From positions 310,001-374,000 of the forward strand of contig OW569390.1 of assembly GCA_937625935.1 (NCBI GenBank): a stretch of DNA of 64,000 nucleotides, written 5' to 3'. The position numbers were made by a program, and so were the translations under genes. This DNA is from Tetramitus jugosus (lineage: Eukaryota > Protista > Heterolobosea). Shown in pieces: positions 22,222 through 33,339 of this stretch; the first letter of the stretch is position 1; every line of letters begins with the position of its first letter. Below the pieces are notes generated by a model, which was given only the letters and a program-made list of their open reading frames with translations, was not told the DNA's origin and did no database searches.

Positions 22222-23886
22222 TTACTTCTTTTTCTCGACAATTTGCTCCATTCCGTGCATAAACGGTCTGAGAGCTTCTGGAATTGTAACTCCTATCCTG
22301 CCATCTTCGGTCTCAAACTGATATGTCTCGACAAGAGCGACTATTGCTCTTGGAATAGCTATGCAGGTTGCGTTAAGTGTGTGGGCGTACACATTGATTT
22401 GTTGTTTGAGTTGTGGATCAACAGTTCTCAGTTTGATGCCAAGACGTCTGGCCTGATAATCTGTACAGTTAGAAGCACTCGATACTTCACCATATGCATC
22501 TCTTCCTGGCATGTACGCTTCAATATCAATCTTGTTATAAGCAGGAGCGCCGAGATCTGTGCTTGGCATGTTCAATACCTTGAAATGTAAGCCCAAGTCT
22601 GAGAATATTTCTTTTTGAATGGAGACTAGATGATTGAGCATCTCTTCGCTCTGTTCTTCTGTTGTGACAGCAAACATTTCAACCTTTGTAAATTGGTGAA
22701 CACGATAGAGTCCCTTATCTCTCTTTCCACCAGCTCCGGCCTCTGTTCTAAAGCAATGACTCACTGCAGACAGCTTTTGAGGCATTGGCTCCCAATTCTC
22801 AATAATTTTATCAGCCAAGTATCCAGCCAAAGAAATTTCAGATGTTCCCGCCAAAACCAAATCACTGTCCTGTATGTTGTAAATTTGACTGTTTTCACCT
22901 CTGGGTTGGAAACCACATGCTTCCACAACATCTCTTCTCACGAGTTCAGGTGTAGTGGTCAGAGTGAATCCATACTTGATCAATTTGCTCAACGCAAACT
23001 GAATCAGCGCAAATTCCAACAAAACACCCTCATTCTTCAAAAAGTAAAACTTTGAACCAGAAATCAAGCTTGCTCGATCAAAATCAGCAATGTCCAACCT
23101 CAATAAAATATCATAATTGTCATAAATCTTGTTCTTGCCAGCAATGACTTGTTCCTTGGATCCCACTTCGTCAATGAGCACTGCCTCATCTCCAATAGGA
23201 GTGTCCTTGTGAGTCAAATTAGGCAATTTGACTGCCAGAGCCATCAACGCACTGTGTTCAACATCCAATTCAATCTCCTTCTTTGCACATGTTTCCTTTA
23301 GCTCTTTACCTGTTTTTTGCCAAATGTCCTTTTCTTCCTTGCACATGACACCATTGGGATTCTTTTGTGCATTGGTCACTGTGCGCTTTGACTTGAACAG
23401 CTCCCATTCCTCATTGAGAGCTTCTCCCTGTTTTCCAAGCGCCAACTCCAACAGTCCCTCCGGTAGATCATTCGGAGAAATTTTTCCCGCCATATAATCC
23501 GCAATGATTCTACGATAGTTTCGAATTTGATTGGTTTCCAATAGAATGGCGGTGTATTTATGAAATTGATTCTTGATCTCAAAAGCATCGACACCAGCGA
23601 TACTTCGATTCACAATATTGTCCTGATGCATCTGAGTGTTATGAACAAGATGTTGAAAGTTAATGTGAGGTTTCACAGTAAATGTTTTTTCATTCGATTG
23701 TTGTTGTTGTTGTGATTGTGAATGACCATTGTTGTGATGATGAATCGAGTAGCAGCGACATGGAGTGTTGTTTTTGTTGTTGTTCTGTGAGAGCAAATGA
23801 GAGAGGACTCGATGTTGTTTGGCAATGGTTGGTTGTTGGGAAAGAAGGTTTCTTGAGAGTAGTGCTCTCGTTCTGTTTTGGATCAT
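22222..23886 (-). CDS. SARS2: Seryl-tRNA synthetase, probably mitochondrial
   Basis: Class II motifs LAGTSE, FRTEAG..GLYRVHQFTKVE, EVSSASNCTDYQARRL, HTLNAT..AIPR, with an Arg/Ser-rich presequence. Confidence 0.93.
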   Translation of the reverse strand: MIQNRTRALLSRNLLSQQPTIAKQHRVLSHLLSQNNNKNNTPCRCYSIHHHNNGHSQSQQQQQSNEKTFTVKPHINFQHLVHNTQMHQDNIVNRSIAGVDAFEIKNQFHKYTAILLETNQIRNYRRIIADYMAGKISPNDLPEGLLELALGKQGEALNEEWELFKSKRTVTNAQKNPNGVMCKEEKDIWQKTGKELKETCAKKEIELDVEHSALMALAVKLPNLTHKDTPIGDEAVLIDEVGSKEQVIAGKNKIYDNYDILLRLDIADFDRASLISGSKFYFLKNEGVLLEFALIQFALSKLIKYGFTLTTTPELVRRDVVEACGFQPRGENSQIYNIQDSDLVLAGTSEISLAGYLADKIIENWEPMPQKLSAVSHCFRTEAGAGGKRDKGLYRVHQFTKVEMFAVTTEEQSEEMLNHLVSIQKEIFSDLGLHFKVLNMPSTDLGAPAYNKIDIEAYMPGRDAYGEVSSASNCTDYQARRLGIKLRTVDPQLKQQINVYAHTLNATCIAIPRAIVALVETYQFETEDGRIGVTIPEALRPFMHGMEQIVEKKK

Positions 23887-24009
23887 TGTTGTTGTCACCC
23901 CTCCTTTTGGTTTTAGAAATGTAGTGTTTTGTTGGTTCCTCTTCTACGCCAAAAACAAAAGAGCGACTTTTTCACATGGACGGAAAAACAAAAAGTTTTG
24001 TGCGCGCAT

Positions 24010-24435
24010 TTACGACGTTTGGTCAGATGTCGATGAAACAGGATGGTTGTGGAGTTGAGTCTCCAACACGACCATGGCCACAGCATAGTCCTGGTCATGA
24101 CTCAATGAAACATGTGTGCTGTACTCGTAAATATTTCTCTTGTGAAGCTGTTCGAGAGCTTCTCCTGTTAAAATGAGTTTTGGTACATTGGTCACCTGAT
24201 CCTTTGAAATATACATTTGTTTGCTTCCTATACCGCTCTTGCCAAGTGCTTTCACAGTAGCTTCTTTGACGGCCCACCTAGAGGCAAAGTATTGTGCATG
24301 TTGTTCCGGGAGCTTGGGCCGATTGGTGAGCTCATGTTCATTGAAGAGTCGCTGCAGGAAGCGTTCTCCGTTTTTTGTAATGAGTTTTTGCATTCGAGGA
24401 ATGTTCACTAAATCTACTCCGATTCCAATGATCAT
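24010..24435 (-). CDS. acpS: Holo-[acyl-carrier-protein] synthase (AcpS-type PPTase)
   Basis: MIIGIGVDLV, FASRWAVKEATVKALG, HVSLSHDQDYAVAMV. Confidence 0.93.
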   Translation of the reverse strand: MIIGIGVDLVNIPRMQKLITKNGERFLQRLFNEHELTNRPKLPEQHAQYFASRWAVKEATVKALGKSGIGSKQMYISKDQVTNVPKLILTGEALEQLHKRNIYEYSTHVSLSHDQDYAVAMVVLETQLHNHPVSSTSDQTS

Positions 24436-24560
24436 GCTTTGCTGTGTTGTTCAAGTGTTGCTATCCCTGGTGATTTTCTTTTGCATGGTTTTAAAAAAGC
24501 TTTTTCTTTCTGGGAAGAACGCCAAGTTCGTTTCAGATTTACAGAAAACGACCTGGTTGC

Positions 24561-26480
24561 TCATGTTTCTTCCTCGTCGCTAAATTGAGATTCAGAAGTT
24601 GTTTGAATACTTGACTGTGATTCGTAGCTCTTGAGGCGATTATTGTGGGGAGAGTTGTTTGCTCCTTGTTGATAGTAACAATTATCTCCATAATTGTATG
24701 CAACACTGATTTGATGTTTGGTGGGAGAGTATCGGAGCATGGATGGATAGCATGGAGTATGACTACTGTACGAACGTCTCGATTTGTTTGCCGTGTTAAT
24801 AGAAGACGGTACACTCAACCGTTGGTTGTGAAGCACTCGATTCGATACGACATCGGAGTGTGATCCCTTGTGTGAGAGATCGGTTGTCGATGATTCGTTC
24901 GAAGAGGAGCCAGTGATGAAAACTGGGTCACTAAACGTTTTCTTGACGTGCTCTTTTGTTTGTTGATTGAGGCGAGTGACCATGGTGCTCTGTTGTTTGG
25001 TTGCAGTGTTGAGCAGATACACCAACAAACTCAAGGGTATAATCTCACCAAGGATATAGTAACTAACGATTGTGAACCATCGTGTCTCAAGAGTCACTAC
25101 AAACATTTGAACTGTTAGAACTGCTGCTCTGCTCAACAGACAGAGTGTGGAAATAGTGGTTACGATGACGGTGGTACGCACGGTTCTGCGAACCAACTCT
25201 GACTGTGCCATACGGTTGTATCTCACAATCAATGCACTGCCATAGATGGCAATGCTGAGTGCAGTCAACATGAACAAGGCAGACAAATAAACAACACTAA
25301 CGATTTCATATGTCGAGTAGTGGCGAAGTGATGGTTGATCATCATCAGACTCTCTTTTCTTTTGTTGCTCCTTTTGATCCACTGTCACAAACTATTGAAC
25401 AATTATTAAACGATATGCGAGTTAGTACCACAACATGTTCCCTCACTGCTATTCGCAACAATACTTCAAAACAAAATATTTCTTTCATAGCACACAACAT
25501 ACCTGATAAATCAACAAGCAATCACAAACGCACAATAGCAAGTACATGAGCAGATTGATGATTTTGAACAATAACTTCAATTCTTCGTCATTCTTTCTCC
25601 TGTGAACAGTTTCTGCCCAGAAAAACACCAGCAGTAGCTCTATACTCATAAACACTGCGACTGGAAAAGTACTCACAACAATCTCCATGCTCCTAAACTC
25701 TTGAAAATGCTGAACAAACGTTTGAAGCACAAACTGCACAAATCGGACGACACTGGCAAGCAAAATGAGCACCATAATCAACTTCATATCAGTGAAGGAA
25801 CTCGAAGCTTCATAGCTCACATTTGCTGCTACGATTGGTTTCATCAAAACATGGTTATGAGAGCCATTATAATACGTTGTTCCATTGTTGTTGTTGTTAT
25901 CCTTGTTAGAGCTACCATTGATCGATGCATGATCAATGTTTGGATAATTCTTCTTCTTCTTCTTACTTACAATATAGTGATTATAGTTGTTATTGTTATT
26001 GGATAGATTTGTTATGATTGGTCTGCTTTCATTCATGTCATCATTCTCATCATTCTCTTCGAAAACACTTCCGGTATCATTGCTCGTCTCCGTTTGTATC
26101 AAGCTCGTGCTCGAAGCTGTAGATGCCAGCGTCGTCCCTGTTCCATAAACGACTGGAGTTGCTGCGACAGCTGTAGTCGGCAAATTATGAAAATCGCTCG
26201 CTGCGGAATTGGCTCCATAAAAATAGGAAGAATCGTGGGAGTGGTTGTTGTTGTTGGGTGCACTTTGTCTAATCTCGTTCTGAGTAGTTTCACCATCATC
26301 TAGAGAAGATGATGCAGAGTAATACAAGGACAGTGGCGAGCTCAGGCCCATCGAAGAAAAACGCTTAAAAATAGTCCTTCCATACAAGTAGGCACGAACG
26401 AGCACAATTGTCGAGCATAAGCTCAACAACCCATATGTGATCATACAGGCCAGATACGCGAAAAACTTTTCTTGTATCAT
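24561..26480 (-). CDS. 7-TM protein of the GPR137/TOM1 (DUF1084)-like type, 2 exons (26480-25503, 25391-24561)
   Basis: Phase-0 intron 25502-25392 (GTATGT..AATAG). Seven hydrophobic segments, LLLVFFWAE and YYILGEIIP motifs, Ser-rich tail. Confidence 0.7.
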
Positions 26481-26755
26481 ATGGAAAAAACGTTCGAATA
26501 AGATGTTCACTTGTGTTGTGTGATCTGCACAGTGTGACTTTGAATTTCTCGCCCAGAAAACTTGCTGTCTGTTTTTGAGTCGTCGCGATTTTTCGAAGCC
26601 AAGTCCAGAAATAGCTGCTGGAATTCCTGCTCTGTGAACTTGACATCACAACATTGAAACGCTTTGATGACGACCGTAAAGGTACAAGATTCCGAGCCCA
26701 GTGTAAAGTCAGTTTTGGATGCTGAAGTCATCGAATTTTATTACACCAGCAAATC

Positions 26756-29700
26756 TTAGTTTCTTCTGGAAATTTCATTCAATTGCACGGTAATATCTTC
26801 AAATGATGGTCTGTTCGTTTGATCTGAATCCCAGCACCGTGTGACAACAGAGTAAAACTGCTGAACGACTCGAGGGATGTCAGTTGCTGTAATATTCGAT
26901 GTTGAGTTGCTCTTAGCAAAGTGGTCAATCAGTGTTTGTGGGTCATTCGTTAAACTCTCGTTGTTGGTGCATGTATCAAATGGGACTGAAGGTCTCAATC
27001 CTCTCACAATGTCCATTCCAAGAGTAAATATTGATTCGTTTGCGTGTTGTGAGTATGGATTAGCCAATATAAACATTTCATGCATGATGATGCCAAAGCT
27101 GTAAACATCACACTTTTCATCATATTCCTGATGCGTCAACAGTTCTGGGGCACAATATTCTAAATAAATCAATTGTGTGAGTCATTGTTATGGTTGGCAA
27201 CAATCTTGAAACATTTCAACTTACCAATTGTTCCATACGATCGTCCCAATGTGAAAGAAGAGTTGGTGATCTTGCTCAAACCAAAATCACAAATGCTAAT
27301 ATGATAATTGTCACCTAACAAGATATTTTGCGGTTTCAAATCTCTGTGAACAATTCGAGGACTTCTGTCATGGAGATATGCCATTGTATCTGCAATCTGA
27401 ATTAAGATGCTCATCTTTTGATCAAAGTCTCTCAGTGATTTCTTTCCATTGTATAGCAATTTGTCCAAACTTCCATTCTTTGCGTATTCAGTAATCAAAA
27501 ATTTGTCTCCACTGTCATTTGAAGAGTACCCGTACAAGTAGAGAATATTAGGATGGCGCAGACTTTGAAGAATTGAAACTTCCTTGATGAAAGAGTCATC
27601 ATCTGCGACTTTCATCTTTTTCACAGCCACCAAGTTGCTCCTCCATTCTCCTTTGAATACAACTCCAAAAGCTCCTTCAGAAATACGACTGAGCAACTTG
27701 ATTTCCTTCATATCAATATAAAAATCTCCTCCGTCAATGTTGTTATCAACTTCAAGTTCGTTCATTTCCTCTAATAGACATGCTTTGAGTTCTGATTTCA
27801 TTCTACTTTCTCTCCTTTTTCTTACAATAAGTAATCCTGTGACTATGATTGTTGGAGTGAGAGTAATACACAGTATCAATCCTATAATACCGAACACAAA
27901 GATCAAGTTTATGGAGCATGTATCACCTCGATATCCAAAATTACAAACACATGTGTTTGGTTTAGTACATTCTCCATGTGATGAACAAACCTTGTTATTG
28001 ATGCTTGCTACTCCGTTGCAAACCGGATAAGAGCAACTACGTCCACTGTAACCTTCAATACATTCGCACTGATCAACGTCCGCACATCTGCCATTACCTG
28101 AACAAACAGTACTTTCATTGTATGTCGCGTTAAAACAATTGAAACGTTCGCAGTCTTGACCATAGTACCCTGTCTCGCAGGTTACTTCAAGAAAACCGAT
28201 TGAATTCGCACCAATAAACAAACTTGTTATACTGTGCATGTAGTCGATGTTGTTCATATTGACCCATGTCGAATAGTTCTGTATATGATTCCAATACGCT
28301 AACTTTGTATCATCTGTCAGAGCAAGTATCGAATCATCATTGCTTTCGAATTGAGACACCTTCTTTCCATTCAAAAAACCATTCATCGTCAAAAGAACTG
28401 GTCCATTCAAAGGTCTTGGAGCGCCAAAATCAGTTAAACCCCATGAGTATAACTGACCATCATTTGCTAATACAGTTGTGTGTTTTTTGCCTGCTGTAAT
28501 ATGAACTATCGTCTTGTCTTTCAACAAATCACTGTTGTTTTCGACAACAACTGGAACTGTGGTAGTTGTTAGTTCGTTGCCTTCAAGTAAACCACATCGA
28601 TTAGCACCCCAAGTGTATAGTTGTCCATCACTCGTCAATGCAACTGTGTGTCCATTTCCGACGGCAACTTGAACAATGTTCTTTCCTTTCAAAGCTCCAC
28701 TCATATCAATAGCAACTGCCATTGTTCTATATTGATATGTCCCATCACCTAATTGGCCATAAAAGTTGGTGCCCCAAGAGTACAATGTGTTATCGTTTGC
28801 AATGGCAACAACGTGGGACGACGACCTTGCTGCCACCCTCGTAATGGTCTTACCCTTCAAAACACCATTCATAACAACAGGGACAGGCGATTTTTGATCC
28901 TGAGTACTGCCAATACCTAGTTGGCCAAAAGTGTTGTAGCCCCATGAATACAACATTCCGTCATTAGTTTGTGCAATGGTAAACCTGTCACCCAAAGTGC
29001 ATTGCGAAATGAATCCCTTGAATGCTCCACTATCAACCATCACGGGAAATAACTTGTCAATCGTGGTTCCATCACCAACATCCCCATTCCCATTTGCACC
29101 CCAAGCAGCAACAGTACCATCCTTTGTAGTAGCAACAAAAGTTTTCAATTCTGATCTTGCTGAGATGTGAGTGATCACCTTGCCGTCCAACCCACCATTG
29201 ATACCAACACCAACAGGAGTTACGTTGTTTTCGGTTGACCCAATTCCCAACTGACCGAAAGCGTTATTACCCCACGCATAGCTCTTCCCTTTGTTTGTCA
29301 ATATCATTGAGTGAGCTTTACCTGCTGCTATTTGAGTAATATATGAATCATTGGAGAGTGTGTGACTGATATTGATTGCACTTGGACGATACTGATTCTG
29401 CAATGTACCACTACCTAATTGACCTTCATCATTCCTACCCCAACCATATAGCATTCCATCACTTGTCAAAGCTAACGTGTGAAAATCTCCACATGCGATT
29501 TGAGTCACCTTTTTGCCAGACAAGCCTCCATTCACAGCAACAGGTGCATTACGATAATCACGAGTCCCGTCACCAACTTGACCATGATTATTCCTACCCC
29601 ATGCATACACCTTGAAATCATTCGCAAGTACCACCAAGTGGCTCTCCCCGATGGAGATATGTGTAATAATCTTGTCGTGCCCCACACCACTCATGTCAAC

Positions 29701-30468
29701 AGGCACTGGAAGTGTTGGTTGGAAATCACTCATGAGGTTCCATTGATACAATGTACCAGAACTTGTTAGGGCCACTGAAAGAGCAGAACCAACGCCAATA
29801 CGGGTGACTAATGAACCGCTGAATACATTCATATCTAACGCGATCGGTATTGTATTATACTCCTCATTGCCTCTAAACCCCCATTGAAACAATTGTCCAT
29901 CATCAGTTAAAATGAGAGAATGAGAGCGACCTGCTGCTATTTGAATCACACTGCTGTTGGCGTTTAACATTCTTAAGTCAACTGTTACAGGAGACAATCG
30001 ATCGGTTGTTGTTCCATCTCCCAATTGACCATTCAGATTTTCTCCCCAAGAGTATAATTTACTATTGTTTCTCAACAAGAGAACATGATTTTCACCACAA
30101 GCCAATTGTGAAAGAGAAGAGCCATAATATCCTTGGACAGATGGGGCGAATCTATTGATGAGTGTACCATCGCCTAGATGACCATGCCCATTGAGTCCCC
30201 AAGAGTAGAGAGTGCCTTCTGAATCGATGGCCATCGAGGAATCCCTTCTGGCAAATATTCGAGTCAAATTCGTCCTATCAAAGAATGAACTTCGCAAGAG
30301 ATTGTTCATGGGCATGACACTTGTTGCCTCTGAAGAATCCGCTCGCATTGATTGAGACATATAAATCATAGAGGATGCGATTCCTCGTCCTTGAGCACTA
30401 ATTGTTGCATATGCGAAAAGTACCAAAATGAGTAGACCAATGACTAACCGGACTGGAGGACGCATCAT
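26756..30468 (-). CDS. Receptor kinase: signal peptide, RCC1/BLIP-II repeats, EGF-like repeats, TM, TKL kinase; 2 exons (30468-27225, 27159-26756)
   Basis: About 13 WG.N..GQLG.G repeats, Cys-rich EGF modules, a TM helix, then EGAFG, VAVKK, HRDLKPQN, DFG. Intron 27224-27160 restores GTIEYCAPE. Confidence 0.92.
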
Positions 30469-30739
30469 TTGGTGGTTTTGTGGAATAAAAAAGTTTCGAT
30501 TATGGAAGGTTTCGGGAACAAGAAAAAGGGGACAAGGTAAATTAGCGGTGCAATTACAAGGATCTTCTGAACTGGCAAACTCATCTTGGGTCTTTGTCAT
30601 GGAGTTTTAAATTGGATGAAATCATGTTCGACTAAAAACAAGTTGAAGAATGTTCTTGACCAAAAGAATTTATGATTCTTGTTATTGAATTGCAGCCAAT
30701 GCATTTTCTCATCTGACCCTCGATAGGAGTCGTTGTGGG

Positions 30740-31016
30740 CAGATCAAACATTTCTCATTGGATTGGCGTACACTTGAATCCTGCAAACTGGAAGCACCCT
30801 TACACATTCGATCCAGATCGATTCAATGATAGATACGATCCACTATCGTACCTTCCGTGCCTTGGTCTCCAATTTTCTCTTGTTGAAACACTGGCCATTG
30901 CTGTCAGACTGCTGCAAAATTATCGATTGGAACTCGAACAAGTAAAAGATGCCAAGACACAATATATCCCAAAGAACAACCAATGGTCACTGTCAAGATT
31001 GTCAAGGAGAATCTAG
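30740..31016 (+). pseudogene. Cytochrome P450 C-terminal relic lacking the heme-signature core
   Basis: VHLNPANWKHPYTFDPDRF...SYLP|CLGLQFSLVE. The FxxGxRx residues are missing, and no upstream P450 sequence or ATG was found. Confidence 0.75.
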
Positions 31017-31240
31017 TCTTGAAGAAGAGACAAGAAAGAACCAACATGAAAATCTAACAACAATCTAATACAAATCTTCGATCCACCACCCTGGAAACCA
31101 GAACAAGAATGGTTTCCAGTCCACTACATGACAACTTGTTGTATTTTGGCAAGAACAGAAGTAGAAAAATATTCTCCGCCTGATTATTGTTGCAACAATC
31201 CACAAACAAAAAAACATCATCGGAACAATATAAGAACATT

Positions 31241-33280
31241 ATGAAAAAGAAACAATTTATCGCAGCGTTCGGTTCCTCTGTCATTTACACTGATGAAAAA
31301 AATGCACCTGATTTCATGATGCTCCTCGCTTCTCAAGACGCTCTCTTTTACGAGTTTGACACGTGGTGCAGGCACGTCTGCAGTGAATTCAATTCAAAGC
31401 AATTGGTCATGCATCGCATTGGTAACCTTTCCTATATTGTCATCATCTCAAATGGTCCTAGCAAGATGAGAATTGATCAACAGCAGGAACAACATCATGG
31501 TGAGGATGGTTTTTTTGATGAGGAAGTGGATCATAACAATAAGCACAACCATCATGATGGCCAGTGTGATAGCACACAGAACAATGAAGGTGAAGCAGAA
31601 GATGAACTCTCCGACGACGGAGCGGAGAATTTATTGGCGGGAAATGATGAAGAATCGGAGAATCTTCATGGGTGTATGGAACCGGTGGAGAGTATTGAAA
31701 CGGAGGCAGCTCTATTTCGTCAATTGTGTCTGTTGCATGATTTGGTGTGTTTCCGTATTCCGATCCAACCCAATCAAACAACCTATCAAATGAACTTTAG
31801 CACAGTAGAAGCCAATCGATTGTTGCATCCATTGGTGGACACAATGAGGCGCATGAGCTACACGCATCAAAGTATTTTGGTGCAAGGTATAGAGTATGTT
31901 GAGTTGGGATCGTTTTTGAGAGATGAGGTCACGGAATCTGTCCAAAAAATTATTCGACCTCATGGCAGAGTGCTGCACGCAGTTCTCTTTGTGGGAACAA
32001 AGTTAGCCTCAGTGTGTTCAAGATCGCGCTCCTGGGTTCTTTCGCCTAGAGATTTGCTGTGCTTGTTGATCTATACGGAGAGCTTGTATCATGTGAGTAA
32101 AGCAGAGGAAGCTCAGAATCAACAACAGGATCAGCAACAACGGCAACAGCAACAAGCAGAAGAGCAAGAACAACAACAACAACAAGAAACTGGACATCAC
32201 GAACAAGAACAGCAAGAAAAGACACCAGAGGAGCATCAAAACCATGATGGAAACAATCACTTTGATCCATTGTTTGGTTCCTCTGCTGACTTGTCATCTC
32301 CTGGTACTTCTCCCACGGAATCACTTGCTGACTCCTTCCACAGCATGAGAAGCAATCAACAATCGAATCCTATGGCAGATCCAGATGAAAAAGGCAAGGA
32401 ATATGAAGAAGCTGAGTATGCAGGAGAACCTCATGCATCAAAGCAATCTGGTACTAGACCAGACTCTGTATTCGATAACATTTTCCTTCGATTGCCAAAG
32501 GTTGGATTGGTGAGGTGTGGTGTGTACTCCAAGCATGACAAGAAGAACAACATAACGTTGTTGTTGATCTATGATCCTAAGATCGAGAAGAGTACTGCAC
32601 CTGAACCAGCTTCCAACAACAATGAGCAACAGCAACAACAACAACCACCCGTTGTGGAAGCATACAAGCAAGATTTGACGCACTTGCAACAACTCATATT
32701 TTGCGAGCTGGTCAATTTTTCTTCCTTCTTGCGTGTGAAGGCTCACGCTCACATCACCATGATGCACTATCTGCATTATTGCCCTGGTATTGTACATTTT
32801 GTATTTGTGGATCGTATACGGAACAGAGTGATTGCTCCTCGTATTGTACCCCTGTTTAACAATAATAGTGAGAGACGGAACAATACGAATACAGACACGG
32901 ATATTGGCGATTCGAAGCGACTTCTCGAGCACGTATCCGTTCACTTCTTAAGACGAAAGGTTTGGGAGATGTGTCAGTTGGCACAGCAGCATCGTGACCT
33001 CGGCTACACAGAAATTGGTATCGGTGGGCCCGGAATTCAATATTGGTTCAAGGAATGGATCGAAGACGAACATGGAAACGAACTTAAATTTACGGAGAAA
33101 AGTATTATGAGTGAAGTGGATGGCTTTGCTCATGCACGAGCCCACTATGAATTGTACACAATGTATTTGCCATTTGTCTCAACGCAGGCAATTGCGCACT
33201 ACAACCGGATTCTCACTCATGTACTCCTTGATAGATCCCTCGACAAGTTGTCAGGTAAGTCTGGCTCATTCTCTGCATAG
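31241..33280 (+). CDS. HPS1: HPS1 (BLOC-3 subunit; Mon1/Fuzzy/HPS1 tri-longin family)
   Basis: HAVLFVGTKLAS..SR...LSPRDL, PGIVHFVFVDR..NRVIAP, YELYTMYL. Confidence 0.8.
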   Translation: MKKKQFIAAFGSSVIYTDEKNAPDFMMLLASQDALFYEFDTWCRHVCSEFNSKQLVMHRIGNLSYIVIISNGPSKMRIDQQQEQHHGEDGFFDEEVDHNNKHNHHDGQCDSTQNNEGEAEDELSDDGAENLLAGNDEESENLHGCMEPVESIETEAALFRQLCLLHDLVCFRIPIQPNQTTYQMNFSTVEANRLLHPLVDTMRRMSYTHQSILVQGIEYVELGSFLRDEVTESVQKIIRPHGRVLHAVLFVGTKLASVCSRSRSWVLSPRDLLCLLIYTESLYHVSKAEEAQNQQQDQQQRQQQQAEEQEQQQQQETGHHEQEQQEKTPEEHQNHDGNNHFDPLFGSSADLSSPGTSPTESLADSFHSMRSNQQSNPMADPDEKGKEYEEAEYAGEPHASKQSGTRPDSVFDNIFLRLPKVGLVRCGVYSKHDKKNNITLLLIYDPKIEKSTAPEPASNNNEQQQQQQPPVVEAYKQDLTHLQQLIFCELVNFSSFLRVKAHAHITMMHYLHYCPGIVHFVFVDRIRNRVIAPRIVPLFNNNSERRNNTNTDTDIGDSKRLLEHVSVHFLRRKVWEMCQLAQQHRDLGYTEIGIGGPGIQYWFKEWIEDEHGNELKFTEKSIMSEVDGFAHARAHYELYTMYLPFVSTQAIAHYNRILTHVLLDRSLDKLSGKSGSFSA

Positions 33281-33339
33281 TAGAACAAAAGGATACAAAC
33301 ATGTCAGCAATAAGTATAAGCAAAAAGAGAGAATATTTA

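Noticed and set aside
24010-24435. AcpS as bacterial contamination or recent HGT
   Set aside because: It is embedded among eukaryotic genes of similar composition, and AcpS-type PPTases (e.g. fungal Ppt2) are known in eukaryotes. HGT cannot be supported without a tree.
28400-30250. Regularly spaced repeats suggesting a CRISPR or satellite array
   Set aside because: They are degenerate protein-level RCC1 repeats within one ORF.
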